From an uncultured delta proteobacterium (GTDB lineage Bacteria > Desulfobacterota > Binatia > UBA9968), in assembly GCA_963745035.1 (NCBI GenBank), contig CAVUVW010000010.1, forward strand, positions 140,632-204,631: a DNA stretch of 64,000 nt, written 5' to 3'. The notes beneath the pieces are model-generated. The model did no database searches. It was not told the origin of the DNA and saw nothing but the letters and a program-made list of their open reading frames with translations. Of the stretch, positions 18,853 to 29,811 are shown one piece after another (position 1 is the first letter of the stretch; each line of letters opens with the position of its first letter). Position numbers and translations under genes: made by a program.

Positions 18853-20709
18853 ATGAGCGAGCCAAGCGAGCCGCGCGCGGCGCATGACTATATTGTCGTC
18901 GGTTCGGGCGCAGGCGGCGGCACCTTGGCGGCGCGCCTTGCCGAAGCCGGCCGTTCGGTGCTGCTCCTCGAGGCCGGCGGCGACCCGCTTCATCTGACCG
19001 GCGACCGGCTCCCCGAAGACTATCAGGTTCCCGCCTTTCATGCGTTCGCGTCGGAGAATCCCGCCATGCGCTGGGATTTCTTCGTGCATCACTACCGCGA
19101 CGAAGTTCGGCGCGGCAAGGATTCCAAGTATACGGCGGACCGGCGCGGCGTCCTCTATCCGCGCGCCGGCACGCTCGGCGGTTGCACCGCGCACAATGCG
19201 ATGATTCTGATTTATCCGCACAATTCCGACTGGGACTACATTGCCGAGCTTACGGGCGATTCGTCGTGGCGCGCCGCCAACATGCGCAAATACTTCCAGC
19301 AGCTCGAAGAATGCCGGCACCGACCGCTGGCGCGCTGGTTTAAAAAAACGACCGGTCTCAATCCATCTCGCCACGGGTTTGACGGTTGGCTGACGACGGA
19401 GGTGGCGATTCCGATGGAGGCGCTGGAAAACCGCGGCCTGCGAAAAATGCTGGAGGAACTCGCGGTCGATGCCTCCGCCAAGCTTGGCAGCCGGCTCAAG
19501 CGGCTGCGCTGGTTTTTCAAAACGCGCGGCGATCCCAACGACTGGCTCTGCGTGAAAGCGAATTCGTACGGATTGCGCGTTCTGCCGCTGACCACGCGCG
19601 ATCATGTTCGGATCGGCGCCGCGGAACGGGTTCGTGAGGTCGCTGAAAAATATCCCGACAAGTTGACCGTCGAGTGCGATGCGCTGGCGGCGCGGGTAAT
19701 TTTCAATGATGACAATCGCGCCGTCGGCGTCGAGTACCTCAAGGGCGAACGGCTCTATCGCGCACATGCTCGTCCCAGCAGCGCCGAAGGAGAGAAGCGT
19801 CGCGCATTCGCTTCGAAGGAGGTTCTGCTGTGCGGCGGCGCGTTCAATACGCCGCAGCTCTTGATGCTTTCCGGAGTCGGACCGAAAGAAGAATTGGCAC
19901 GCCATGGTATCGAAACGAGGGTGGACCTGTCGGGCGTCGGCAAGAATCTGCAAGACCGCTACGAAGTCGGCGTCGTCAATCGTATGAAAGAGGATTGGCC
20001 GATGATGGCCGGGGCGCGCTTCGATAAGACTGACCCTCACTATCGAGATTGGCAGGCGAACAAACGCGGTATCTACGCGACCAACGGCGGCGTGCTCGCG
20101 ATCATCAAGGCATCCCGACAGGGCGATATTCCTGATCTGTTCTGCGCCGGTCTCGTGGGAAAATTTCAGGGGTACTTCCCGGGCTATTCGAAGCTGATCG
20201 CCGAGCACCGGAATTATTTGAGCTGGATTGTATTGAAAGCTCATACGTTGAACCATGCCGGCACGGTGACACTGGCATCGTCCGATCCGCGCGAGCCGCC
20301 CAAGATCGAGTTTCGCTACTTCGACGAAGGCAGCGATCACGAAGGAAAAGATCTGGACGCGGTCGTCGAAGGCGTCAAGTTTGTGCGGGCAATGACAAAA
20401 GATCTGAGAGAACGCGGCGTGATTGCCGAGGAGGAGCTGCCGGGCGATCGCTGTCGCACGGACGACGAGCTGAAGGAATTCGTCCGCGACAACGCCTGGG
20501 GCCATCATGCCTCTTGCACCTGTCCGATCGGCTCAAGAGAGCAAGGCGGCGTTCTGAGCGGTGACTTTCGCGTGCACGCCACGAAAGGATTACGGGTGGT
20601 CGATGCATCGGTATTTCCCCGCATCCCGGGATTTTTCATCGTCAGCGCGGTTTACATGATCGCCGAAAAGGCAGCGGAAGTGATTCTCGCCGACAAAAAA
20701 GATCCGTAG
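18853..20709 (+). CDS. GMC-family flavin oxidoreductase
   Basis: 'DYIVVGSGAGG', 'YPRAGTLGGCTAHN', 'TPQLLMLSGVGP', 'GHHASCTC', 'GLRVVDASVFP'. Confidence 0.93.
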   Translation: MSEPSEPRAAHDYIVVGSGAGGGTLAARLAEAGRSVLLLEAGGDPLHLTGDRLPEDYQVPAFHAFASENPAMRWDFFVHHYRDEVRRGKDSKYTADRRGVLYPRAGTLGGCTAHNAMILIYPHNSDWDYIAELTGDSSWRAANMRKYFQQLEECRHRPLARWFKKTTGLNPSRHGFDGWLTTEVAIPMEALENRGLRKMLEELAVDASAKLGSRLKRLRWFFKTRGDPNDWLCVKANSYGLRVLPLTTRDHVRIGAAERVREVAEKYPDKLTVECDALAARVIFNDDNRAVGVEYLKGERLYRAHARPSSAEGEKRRAFASKEVLLCGGAFNTPQLLMLSGVGPKEELARHGIETRVDLSGVGKNLQDRYEVGVVNRMKEDWPMMAGARFDKTDPHYRDWQANKRGIYATNGGVLAIIKASRQGDIPDLFCAGLVGKFQGYFPGYSKLIAEHRNYLSWIVLKAHTLNHAGTVTLASSDPREPPKIEFRYFDEGSDHEGKDLDAVVEGVKFVRAMTKDLRERGVIAEEELPGDRCRTDDELKEFVRDNAWGHHASCTCPIGSREQGGVLSGDFRVHATKGLRVVDASVFPRIPGFFIVSAVYMIAEKAAEVILADKKDP

Positions 20710-20796
20710 TTTAAGAATTCAGCCGAGTCCCGCTGCGCAGTTCGTTGCCGTTTCGCGCTAAAGCCGATATAGCTCGGGTTGCATCCAACCTCGAGC

Positions 20797-21675
20797 ATGA
20801 CTTCGATCCCGGCTGAACTCTATGCCTTGGTCAACGCGTTTCTCTTCGCGTTGCACAACCTGTTCACGAAAAAGGCGCTGCGCTACTCCAATCCCGCCAC
20901 CGGCGTGATCAGCAGCCTGCTGATCAACATCATTTTCCTCTGGACTTTGTCGATCTTGTTCGTGCCGCTGGAGTCGTTGACCGCCGCGGCGATTTGGATT
21001 TTCGTCGGCGTCGGTTTTTTTCAGCCGGGACTGACTCGTTTGCTTGCATACAAGGGAATCGACGCTTTGGGCGTGGCGATCACAGATCCGATCCGCGCCA
21101 CGACGCCGCTCTTCAGCGCGATGATGGCGATCATCTTTCTCGGCGAGCAAGTGACTGCGGGAATCGTCGTCGCGACTTTGATGATCATCGCCGGAATTAC
21201 TCTACTCTCGTGGCGCAGCGGCTCCATGAAGCTGACCGGCTCGGCGGTCTATCTCTGGTATCCGATCGCCGCCTCGGCGCTCGCCGGCGCCACGCAAGTC
21301 GTGCGCAAGTTCGGCATGGCCGCGGTGCCGCACCCGTTTCTCGCCGCGGCGGTGACCGCGTCATCGTCCTTTGTGATTTCGCTCGTGACGCTTTGGTACG
21401 TCGAGAAAAGCCAGGAAACCTGGAAGATGAACCGACAATGTTTCTGGTGGTTCCTGGCCGCCGGCGTGACCATCAGCGTCGGCATGGTCTGCATCTACTA
21501 TGCTCTCGACCTCGGCAAGGTCTCCGTGGTGATTCCGATCAGCAGTACCGGGCCGTTCTTCTCGCTGATCTTAACGGCGATTTTCCTCCGCGACGTGGAA
21601 AAAGTAACCCTCAGAATCGTCGTCAGCGCGGCGCTGATCGTCGGCGGTGTGGTGCTCCTGACACTGTGGAAGTAG
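20797..21675 (+). CDS. DMT/EamA-family transporter
   Basis: About 10 TM helices in two EamA repeats, 'FLGEQVT'. Confidence 0.88.
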   Translation: MTSIPAELYALVNAFLFALHNLFTKKALRYSNPATGVISSLLINIIFLWTLSILFVPLESLTAAAIWIFVGVGFFQPGLTRLLAYKGIDALGVAITDPIRATTPLFSAMMAIIFLGEQVTAGIVVATLMIIAGITLLSWRSGSMKLTGSAVYLWYPIAASALAGATQVVRKFGMAAVPHPFLAAAVTASSSFVISLVTLWYVEKSQETWKMNRQCFWWFLAAGVTISVGMVCIYYALDLGKVSVVIPISSTGPFFSLILTAIFLRDVEKVTLRIVVSAALIVGGVVLLTLWK

Positions 21676-21768
21676 AGGGTTGCCGCTGGAACGAGGCTCG
21701 CTCCGAGAATTCTTTCCAAACGGACCGAAACAGGCTATGAGAAATCAAGAAAAGCTGCGAGGTCGTTG

Positions 21769-24100
21769 ATGGCTAATTTTTCCGTGGTCGGCCAGTCGGT
21801 CCATCGGACCGACGCGAATCCGAAAGTGACCGGGCGGGCGCTGCACGTCGGCAATATCGAGATGCCGGGCATGCTGCACGTCGCGGTGCTGCGAAGCCCG
21901 TACGCGCATGCGCGGATTGTCCGCATCGATAAAACGAAGGCGGAAAAGCTGGACGGCGTCGCGGTCGTGCTGACCGGCGCCGAAATCGCCAAGATGCCGG
22001 GCATCGATCCGCACTTCGGTCCGGCGTTTCGCGATCAGCCGATCCTCGCCGTCGAGCGGGCCTGTTACATCGGCGACCCGGTGGTCGCAGTGGCGGCGGT
22101 CGACAAACGCGCGGCGGAAGACGCCTTGCAGCTCGTCGAAGTCGATTACGAAGCGCTGCCGGCGGTGCACGACGTGCTCGAAGCGGCCGCGCCGGGTTCG
22201 CCGCTCGTCCACGAGCAGCACCGGCCGGCCAAGGCGTTTGCCGACCTCGCGCATGTGAAAGCCGGGCAGCAGTCCAACGTCTGTTACCACTTCAAGCTGC
22301 GCACCGGCGACGTCGACAAAGCGTTTGCCGAGGCGGACAGGATCTTCGAAGACAGCTTCAGCTCGCCGCCGGCGCAGCATGTGCCGATGGAGCCGCATGT
22401 GACCCTGGCGTATTTCGACGAGCACGAGCGCTTGAATATCTGGACCGCGAGTCAATCGCCGTCCTACGTGCGGACCGAAATATCCGCGACCTTCGGCATC
22501 CCGATGAACCGCATCCGGGTGCGCGTGCCATATCTCGGCGGCGGCTACGGCGCCAAGCTTTACGCCAAGCTCGAGCCGCTGTGCACGGTGCTCGCGCTGA
22601 TCACCAAAAAGCCGGTGCGCTACGCGCTCACGCGCGAAGAAGAATTCTTGACGATCACCAAGCACAAGGTCGTCACCAAAATCAAAACCGCGATCAAAGA
22701 TGGCGCGATCAGCGCGCGCAAGTGCGAAGTCTATTGGGACACCGGCGCCTACGCGGAAATCGGCCCGCGCATCGGCCACAAGTCAGGCTACACGTCGGCG
22801 GGCCCGTATCGGATTCCCAACGTGTGGATCGATTCCTACTGCGTGTACACGAACAAAGTGCCCGCAGGCGCGTTTCGCGGCTTCGGCGTGCCGCAGGTGA
22901 TTTGGGCCTACGACTCGCAGACGGACATGATCGCGCGCGCCCTCGGCGCCGATCCGGTCGAGTTTCGGCTGCAGCCGGCGTTGGACGAAGGCGAGCGCTT
23001 CGCCACTGGCACGCCGGTGAAATCGTTCGGCGTCAAAGAAGCCATCCGCCAGGCGGCGCAGGCTATCGAATGGTCAAACCCGAAAGCTTCACAGCACGGA
23101 ACCAAGCGCCGCGGCAAAGGGATCGCGGCCGGCGTCAAGGCCGTGCTCACACCGTCGATCTCCGGCGCTATCGTCATCCTCAACGCCGACGGCAGCGCCA
23201 ACGTGCTGAGCAGCACGGTGGAAATGGGCCAGGGCTCGGAAACGACGATGGGGCAGATCGTCGCCGAAGAGTTGGGCATCTCGCCCGAACGCGTTCACAT
23301 CGTCCAGCCCGACACCGACGTTACGCCCTACGACACGATCACCGCCGGCAGCCGCTCGACGTATCACATGGGCAATGCCGTGCGCATGGCCGCCGGTAAA
23401 ATCAAAAAGGAGCTGTGCGACGTCGTCGCCTCGAAGCTGGAGGTCGATCCCGACGACCTGCTGGTGCGCAACGGCCGGGTCGTCGTGCGCGGCTTGGAAG
23501 AACGCGGCATGGCGATCGGTGAGATCTTTCTCGCCAAGTTCGGGAGCCTGGGTACGACACTCGCGGCCGAAGCGGTCTGCCAGCCGAGCGCAGCACACAT
23601 GGATCCGGAAACCGGCCAGTCGGAAAAGTGCACGGAGTACTGGTTCCCTTCGGCCACGTCCGCCGAAGTCGAAGTCGATACGGAAACAGGGCGGGTCAAG
23701 ATACTGCAGCTTTTCAGCGTCGGCGACACCGGCACGGCGATCAATCCGCGCCACTGCGAGCAGCAGCTCCAAGGCGCCGCGATCATGCACTTGGGACTCA
23801 CGATGTTCGAGGAAATGATTTTCGAGGAAGGCCAGCTCGTCAACGGCTCGCTGCTCGATTATCAGGTCGCCTCGTTCAAGGATATGCCGGAGTCGGTCAA
23901 GCCGATCGTCGTGCAGGTGCCGCACGAAGACGGCCCGTTCGGCGCCAAAGGCGCCGGCGAGACCGGCGCGTTGACGGTCGCGCCGGCGATCGCCAACGCG
24001 ATTCACGACGCTGTGCGGCGTGCGCATCCGCGACTTGCCGATCACGCCGGAAAAAGTTCTGCGGGCGCTGGAGGAAGCCGAAGGACAGCGTTCGCGATTG
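21769..24100 (+). CDS. Xanthine dehydrogenase-family molybdopterin-binding subunit (indel near 24017; end approximate)
   Basis: 'KVTG', 'LRSPYAHARI', 'GGGYGAK', 'AFRGFG', 'GAKGAGE'; 'RIRDLPITPEKV' in a shifted frame. Confidence 0.9.
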
Positions 24101-24164
24101 ATCCCATTCGCCTTGCAGCGAGCCGCGAGCGCCGCGCGGCTTGCAAAGACAGAATGGCCTGCGG

Positions 24165-24680
24165 CTACTTCGTCGGCGGCTTTTTCATCATCTCGTCCAT
24201 GTTGATGTTCGGCATATTCGGCATGCCGGGCATCGAAATGTCGCCGGGCTTTTGCCCGGCTTGGCACGGTCCCAGCCACTTTGCTTCGATCACTGAGGAC
24301 GATTCTTTCATGCCGCGAAGCGGCGGCTCATAGGTGGTTTTGATGTCGGCCTTGTAGGCGGAGTCGAAGCGGCCCGTGAATACGGCGCGCGTCGTCGCGG
24401 TGCTATTTTCCATTTTGCACACCGATTCGGCGACGATCTTTTCGCCTTCCTTGCGCATCTCGCTTTTGCTGCACTGCGTTTTCTGAGTTGCGCCCATCTC
24501 CTTGGTCATCAGATCGTCGGTCTTTTCGTCGATGCACTGTTGCAGCGCGGGCATGCCCTTGCTTTGCGCGCCCGACATTTTTATCTCCCAGAGGCCGGAC
24601 TTCCGTTTGGGCGCATCGAACGAAGCGGCTGCCACCGGACCGGCGACAAGCAGGGCGACGAACAAGGCAAGAACCTGCAT
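24165..24680 (-). CDS. DUF3617-family secreted protein
   Basis: Signal peptide, 'KSGLWEI', 'QQCID', 'AKWLGPC'. Confidence 0.8.
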   Translation of the reverse strand: MQVLALFVALLVAGPVAAASFDAPKRKSGLWEIKMSGAQSKGMPALQQCIDEKTDDLMTKEMGATQKTQCSKSEMRKEGEKIVAESVCKMENSTATTRAVFTGRFDSAYKADIKTTYEPPLRGMKESSSVIEAKWLGPCQAGQKPGDISMPGMPNMPNINMDEMMKKPPTK

Positions 24681-24731
24681 AGAGACCTCCATGAATCGAA
24701 AATTAAGGGAGTTTCGCTTCGGGCGGTGAAC

Positions 24732-25712
24732 TCAGATCGGCGCCGGCGAGTCGAGCTCGAAGCCGAGATCCGAGATCATCCGGTGAGCATCGGAGGCTTC
24801 CTGTCCGGGCGTGGTCAGGTAGCCGTTGACGAAGATCGAGTTCGCAGGATAGAGGCTTAGCGGCTGGAGCGAGCGCAGGTTCACTTCCCGGCCGCCGGCC
24901 ACGCGAATTTCCTTGTCAGGGTTGACGAAGCGAAAAAGACAAAGCGTTTTTAAGCAGCGCTGCGGAGTGAGCTCGCGTTTGCCTTCGAAGGGAGTGGCCG
25001 GAATCGAATTGAGAAAATTCACGGGAATCGAGTCGATGTCCATCGCGCGCAGGGTCAGCGCCAGGTCGATGATGTCTTCGTCGCTTTCGCCCATGCCGAT
25101 GATGCCGCCCGAGCAGGTGCCGATCCCGGCGTGCTTGACGTTTTCGATCGTGGCCACGCGGTCGTCGTAGGTGTGGGTGGTGACGATCTCCGGATGGTGC
25201 GCGCGGCTGGTGTTCAGATTATGATTCACGCGGCCAACGCCCGCATCCTTGAGCTTTTCGGTCTTGTCCTGATTCATGAGGCCGAGGGAGCAGCACACGT
25301 TCATACCGGTTTCTTTGCGGATCTCGCGCACGGCGTCGGCGATGTCGTCGATCTCTTTGTTGGTCGGGCCCCGGCCGCTGTTGACGATGCAAAAGCGCAC
25401 CGCGCCGGCGGCTTTCGCCTGCCTGGCGCTTTCGACCAGCTTTTCTTTGGCCATGAACGGGTAGCGGTCGATGGGCGCTTCGGACACCGAGGATTGCGAG
25501 CAATAGTGGCAATCTTCGGGGCAGAGGCCGCTCTTGGCATTTTGCAAAACGTGGATCTGCACGCGCTTGCCGTAATAGCGATGGCGCACTTTGAAGGCCG
25601 CGCTCAAAAGCTCCGGCAGCTCCTCGTCGCCCGCGTCGAGGACGGCTTGCAACTCCTCGCGTTCGGGGATGATGCCTTGAAGCGCTTTGTCGGCCAACTG
25701 CTGAAAATCCAT
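24732..25712 (-). CDS. bioB: Biotin synthase (radical SAM)
   Basis: 'NAKSGLCPEDCHYCSQS', 'NHNLNTS', 'CSGGIIGMGE', 'SIPVNFL', 'ANSIF..YLTT'. Confidence 0.95.
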   Translation of the reverse strand: MDFQQLADKALQGIIPEREELQAVLDAGDEELPELLSAAFKVRHRYYGKRVQIHVLQNAKSGLCPEDCHYCSQSSVSEAPIDRYPFMAKEKLVESARQAKAAGAVRFCIVNSGRGPTNKEIDDIADAVREIRKETGMNVCCSLGLMNQDKTEKLKDAGVGRVNHNLNTSRAHHPEIVTTHTYDDRVATIENVKHAGIGTCSGGIIGMGESDEDIIDLALTLRAMDIDSIPVNFLNSIPATPFEGKRELTPQRCLKTLCLFRFVNPDKEIRVAGGREVNLRSLQPLSLYPANSIFVNGYLTTPGQEASDAHRMISDLGFELDSPAPI

Positions 25713-25743
25713 TTCGATCCTCCAAAAAATCAGACGATTTTTA

Positions 25744-26208
25744 TCACGCGTGGTCGGGCCTTTGCAAATATGCGTCACGAGCGACGAATCTGCCCCAGAG
25801 GTACAAGAAAGCCGCCAAGACGAAGTGGAAAAAGATCGGTATAGCGCCGCCGAGCCAGCGCATCTCAGGAAGGAAGATCATCGTCAGCGCGTAGCGCAGC
25901 GCCATGCTGCCCGCGTAAGCAGCGCTGAAGCCGATAAGAAAACGCGACCAAGATGGTCGCGTAGCGGCGAAGAAGCCTGTGCCGCGCCAAATGTCCGACG
26001 CAATTTTGATCATCACCACGATCATAACGATCTGAATCGTTAGAAGGGCGGGATAGGGGATGAGACCGGAAGCCCATTCCTTGCTCGACGGCAGCCAATC
26101 GACTGAAAAGAATACGACGAGAGCTTGGCCCAACACTCGAAAGAGGAAAAGCAATGTCAGGAGCGCGAGAACATAGCCATACATCCCTGGCTTCAATGTG
26201 GGTTTCAC
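25744..26208 (-). CDS. Four-helix membrane protein of unknown function
   Basis: Hydrophobic segments, 'LFRVLGQ', 'SGLIPYPALL', 'IPIFFHFVLA'; GTGA overlap with the GH3 stop. Confidence 0.75.
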   Translation of the reverse strand: MKPTLKPGMYGYVLALLTLLFLFRVLGQALVVFFSVDWLPSSKEWASGLIPYPALLTIQIVMIVVMIKIASDIWRGTGFFAATRPSWSRFLIGFSAAYAGSMALRYALTMIFLPEMRWLGGAIPIFFHFVLAAFLYLWGRFVARDAYLQRPDHA

Positions 26209-27888
26209 GGCTGGGATTCGTCGGCGCACTGCACGATCAGTTGAATCTCGCTTGGATCTTCCGGCACGGCGGTCAAGAGCGCAGCTTTGAACTGGACGTC
26301 GCGCGCGCCGCTCTGGACGTTCGCGTCGGTTTTGCGCTCGAACCAGCCCGAGCTCATGACCCAAAGGACCGGCGCGGCTAGCCGGCGCGACTCGCGCTTT
26401 TGGGCATATTCGATATTGAGTTTGCGAAGGCACGCGTCGAACTCGCGCAGCAGCCGCGATAGTTGCTCTTGATCAGGCGAGGCACCGTGCAATTCCACGG
26501 CGAAGGCGTAGAGCGATCTTTCCACGTCGGCACAGGCGCGAAAGTGTCGCAAGGCGACGCCCGCGGCGCTCTGCGCCTGCGCCATGGCCTCAATGACTTG
26601 ATTGACGTGAAGCTTCTCGCCGGTGATGTTGGTTACATCGCGGCCTTTGCGCACGAACTCGATCAAGCGGGGTGCGGTTGTAAAAGCCGGCGACGCGAAC
26701 CACGTCGTTGATATCGTAGCGATAGAGCCCGCCGGGCGTCGTCAGGATCAAATAGTAGCTCGCGCCCTCCTCGAGCTCCGCGCAGGTGAGAACCGTCGGC
26801 ATGGGCTGCCGATTTCTGACTTCGGGAATGAACTCGTAGAAGTTTTCGTCGACGGCGAGAATGCCGGCGGAACCCGTATCGGAGATCGGCAGGGTTATTT
26901 GCGCTTCGCTCGCCATGTATCCGAGGTCGCGCACCGGGGTCTTGTCTGCCGAACCAGCGGGCGAATTCCTTCAAGCGCGTGCCCACCGTGCCGCCTTTCC
27001 AGCAGCCGATGAGCTGCAGTCGCGGCCAATATTCTCTCGGGCGGAGCGTGCCGTCGTACTTGATCAAAGACTCCAGTCGGCGCGCGCGCGCGGGGTTTTT
27101 GCCGAGACGGCTCGCCAGCGCTTTGCGCAATTCCGCCGGCAGGCTGCAACCGGGACGGATGGTGCCGTCGCGAATGTCTTTGAATGATGTCGTGCTTTAG
27201 TCTCGATTCGCGCGTCTCCACCAGCTTGAGAATCGTGCTCGGATTGGGCGTGCCGAAAAACGTAATGTCGCTGTTCCAACGCGAGGCGCATGGTGAGGTA
27301 GTATTTCGCTTCGAAGTCTTTGATCTCGGCGATTTCATAGGGAGCCGCGTAGGCATTCTGGATCCAGCTCGGACTGCTTTGGTAGATGAACCCCGAAGCG
27401 GCGCCGAAGGGGATGCCGCCCGGCGGTTCTTGCCTTCGACCGCGGGACTCACGACGCCGAGCAGCTTGCCGCTGAAAAGATCGGGATGGTCGAGCAGCGC
27501 GCGATGATACCAGAAGCGGGTGAGCTGGCGATGGTTGCGGCGCGACGCTTCGGTGACCGGGATCAGCTTGGGTTGGCCGGTGCTGCCGCTGGTCATCGCG
27601 AACATCAGCGCCGGCTCCGCGGTCAGCACGTTCGTTCTCGCCGTTCTGGGCGCGCTCGACGTAGGGACGCAGGCGCTCGTAGTCGCCGATGGCGACCTGC
27701 GCGCGATATTCGCGGAGAGAAGCGATGGCGTCGAAATGATGATCGCGGCCAAAGCTCGTGGCGCGATTGCGCGAGATCATTTTAAGCAGGAGCTTGTTCT
27801 GAACTTCTTCCGGTTTGGCGGTGAGGCTCTGCCAGCGTGCCCACTGGCGTTCGGTCAGGAATGCGGCGGCTTTCAGCAGAAGGGCCAT
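26205..27888 (-). CDS. GH3-family acyl-acid amido synthetase (several indels)
   Basis: 'TSGSTGQPKLIP', 'YMASE', 'GLYRYDINDVV', 'NITGEKL' across successive frames. Confidence 0.85.
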
Positions 27889-27894
27889 GACATC

Positions 27895-29768
27895 CTAGCG
27901 GTGTATTTCGTGCTTTGCGCCGGCGAGGCGTTCCAGGGCGTCGTCTCTGACGGTGACGCTGAGGCCGCGCGTTTTGAGCAAGCGGCGCGCGCCCGCCGAG
28001 TCCGAACGCGACGTTTTCGAAGGTGACGTCTTCGGCTAGCAGCCAGGTGCCGAAAGAACCTTCGGCGCATTGCGAGCTCGGGTAAATGCGCCGCGAACGT
28101 GCGTCCGGCGGCGGACAAGATTCCGGTTTCGCCCACCTGCGCGCCGACTTGGATCTTGATGCCGGCTTGCTGCGCCAATTGGGCGATCGCCAGACTGCCG
28201 CTGATGCCGCCGCATTTAGAAAGCCGGATATTGAACGAGTCGCAAGCGCCGAGCTCGATCAGTTGGCGCGCCTGCGCGACGGTGACGAGCGATTCGTCGG
28301 CCATGACCGGAATGCCGCAACGATCGCGCACCTGCTTCATGCCGGTGATATCGCCGGCGGCTACAGGCTGCTCGATGCATTGGAGCTGGAACCTGGCGAG
28401 GCGGTGGAGATGCTCCACCGCTTGTTCGGCAGTCCACGCGCCATTGGCGTCGGCACGCAGCTCGACCTCGGCGCCGACCGCTTTGCGCACGGCTTCCATG
28501 CGCGCAAAGTCATCGGCGCCGCCGACCTTGACTTTGATTTGCCGCAGTCCCAGGCGCGCCATCCGTCTTGCGAGAGCGGCCGCTTCCGCCGGTGCGTCGG
28601 CCGAGATCACGCCGCTGTAAACGACTTCGAGGCGGCTGGGGGGAAGTAAATCCGCCAGGGCGCAATGGTCGGCGCGCAGCGCCCAATCCAGAAGCGCCAG
28701 CTCGACGGCGCAAAAAGCGGCGTTCCACGCAACCACGCCGGAGCCGTTTTCCTGCTCCGTCCACTGCGGCATGACGCTCTCAAGATATTCCAGAGTTTCC
28801 CAGCCGGGCGTGAAAGACTCGGCGAAAATCTTCGGCGCCATTCGGTCTTGAATGTGCGCCACCATGGATGCCGTCGTCTCGCCGGTTACGTAGGAGCGGG
28901 GCAAGCTCTCGCCGTAGCCGCTCCGGCCGTCGGCTGCCGGTGACTTTGACGATCACCGAGTCGCTTTCTTCGCGGCTTTGCAGCGCATGGCGAAAGGCCT
29001 GATGAAACGGGATGCGGAGCTGATAGATCGTGATCGATTCGATGCGCCGCGCTTTTGCCGGCGCGGCTTTGCTGTGCGTTCGCCGCCGCGACGCCGCGGG
29101 AAAATAGTGGCGCACGAACAGGTCGTCGCCAAGAGTGAACGCGGCGATGTGGTCGAAGAGATCATCCGAGATTTCGATGAAAAGCCAGATAATCCCGCAC
29201 CACGCTCACGCCTTCCTCGGCATGGCGGATATCGACCTCGGAATGCAGCTCGAACCAGCGCAGCGCCGGCTTGGCGAAGCCGTACAGATTCATGAGGGCC
29301 GCGGCGATCTCGCTCGAACAGCGCGACAGCATGAATTCGAAGCTCATGGTTTCGAGCAACACCGACAAGCAAAGCTCGCGCAGGGTGGCGACCGGCACGC
29401 GCGTCGCGCAAAAAGTCGCGACCCGCCGGCGGGCGTCGACAATCAGCTCGTCGATCTCGCGTTCGGTCGAAGCCCAGCCCACGCGCCATTTCCAGGAGCA
29501 GGGCGGAATGAGGCTTCTCGTCGCTCCGAACCCATCTCTTCCAGGAGATTTTCTTTCAAAAGCGCGGCGGCGTCGGCAGGAAGCGCGGCGAAGCACAGCG
29601 CGACGATGTGCGACGACAGGTAATGGGTGCGAAAAACGTTGCCGATGAATTCGCGCGCGGCTTGCGGCGACGGCGTCGCCCGCGACGAGCCCGCGATACT
29701 CGGCGGAGCCGCGAAAATCGCGCGTGGCGTTGTCGAAAGCAAGATGTGATATGCTCGACCGAGATCAT
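27895..29768 (-). CDS. Probable fusion of a CADD/PqqC-like heme-oxygenase-like diiron domain (about 29100-29768) and an enolase-superfamily epimerase/lactonizing domain (27895 to about 29050); several indels
   Basis: Diiron motifs 'EEMGRSDEKPH', 'FEF', 'WFELHSEVDIRH'. Enolase motifs 'IKVKVG', 'DANGAW', 'IEQP', 'ADES', 'NIRLSKCGG'. The linker 'DDLFVRHYFPAASRRRTHSKAAPAKARRIESITIYQLRIPF' is a single open frame with no ATG. Confidence 0.72.
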
Positions 29769-29811
29769 TGCCCTTCCTCCGGCGCCGCCGATGCGGCCCC
29801 GTCTTCCATGC

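Noticed and set aside
18736-20508. Long antisense ORFs (also 9354-10715, 40334-41875, 42597-43898, 57050-58450, 59283-60671)
   Set aside because: These are shadow ORFs opposite well-supported genes, expected in high-GC DNA, with no recognisable motifs.
21769-24100. Aerobic CO dehydrogenase CoxL
   Set aside because: It lacks the AYxCSFR active-site loop and adjacent coxM/coxS.
24017-24333. C-terminal extension of the molybdopterin subunit overlapping DUF3617
   Set aside because: Caused by an indel; the conserved ending 'RIRDLPITPEKVL' is in another frame.
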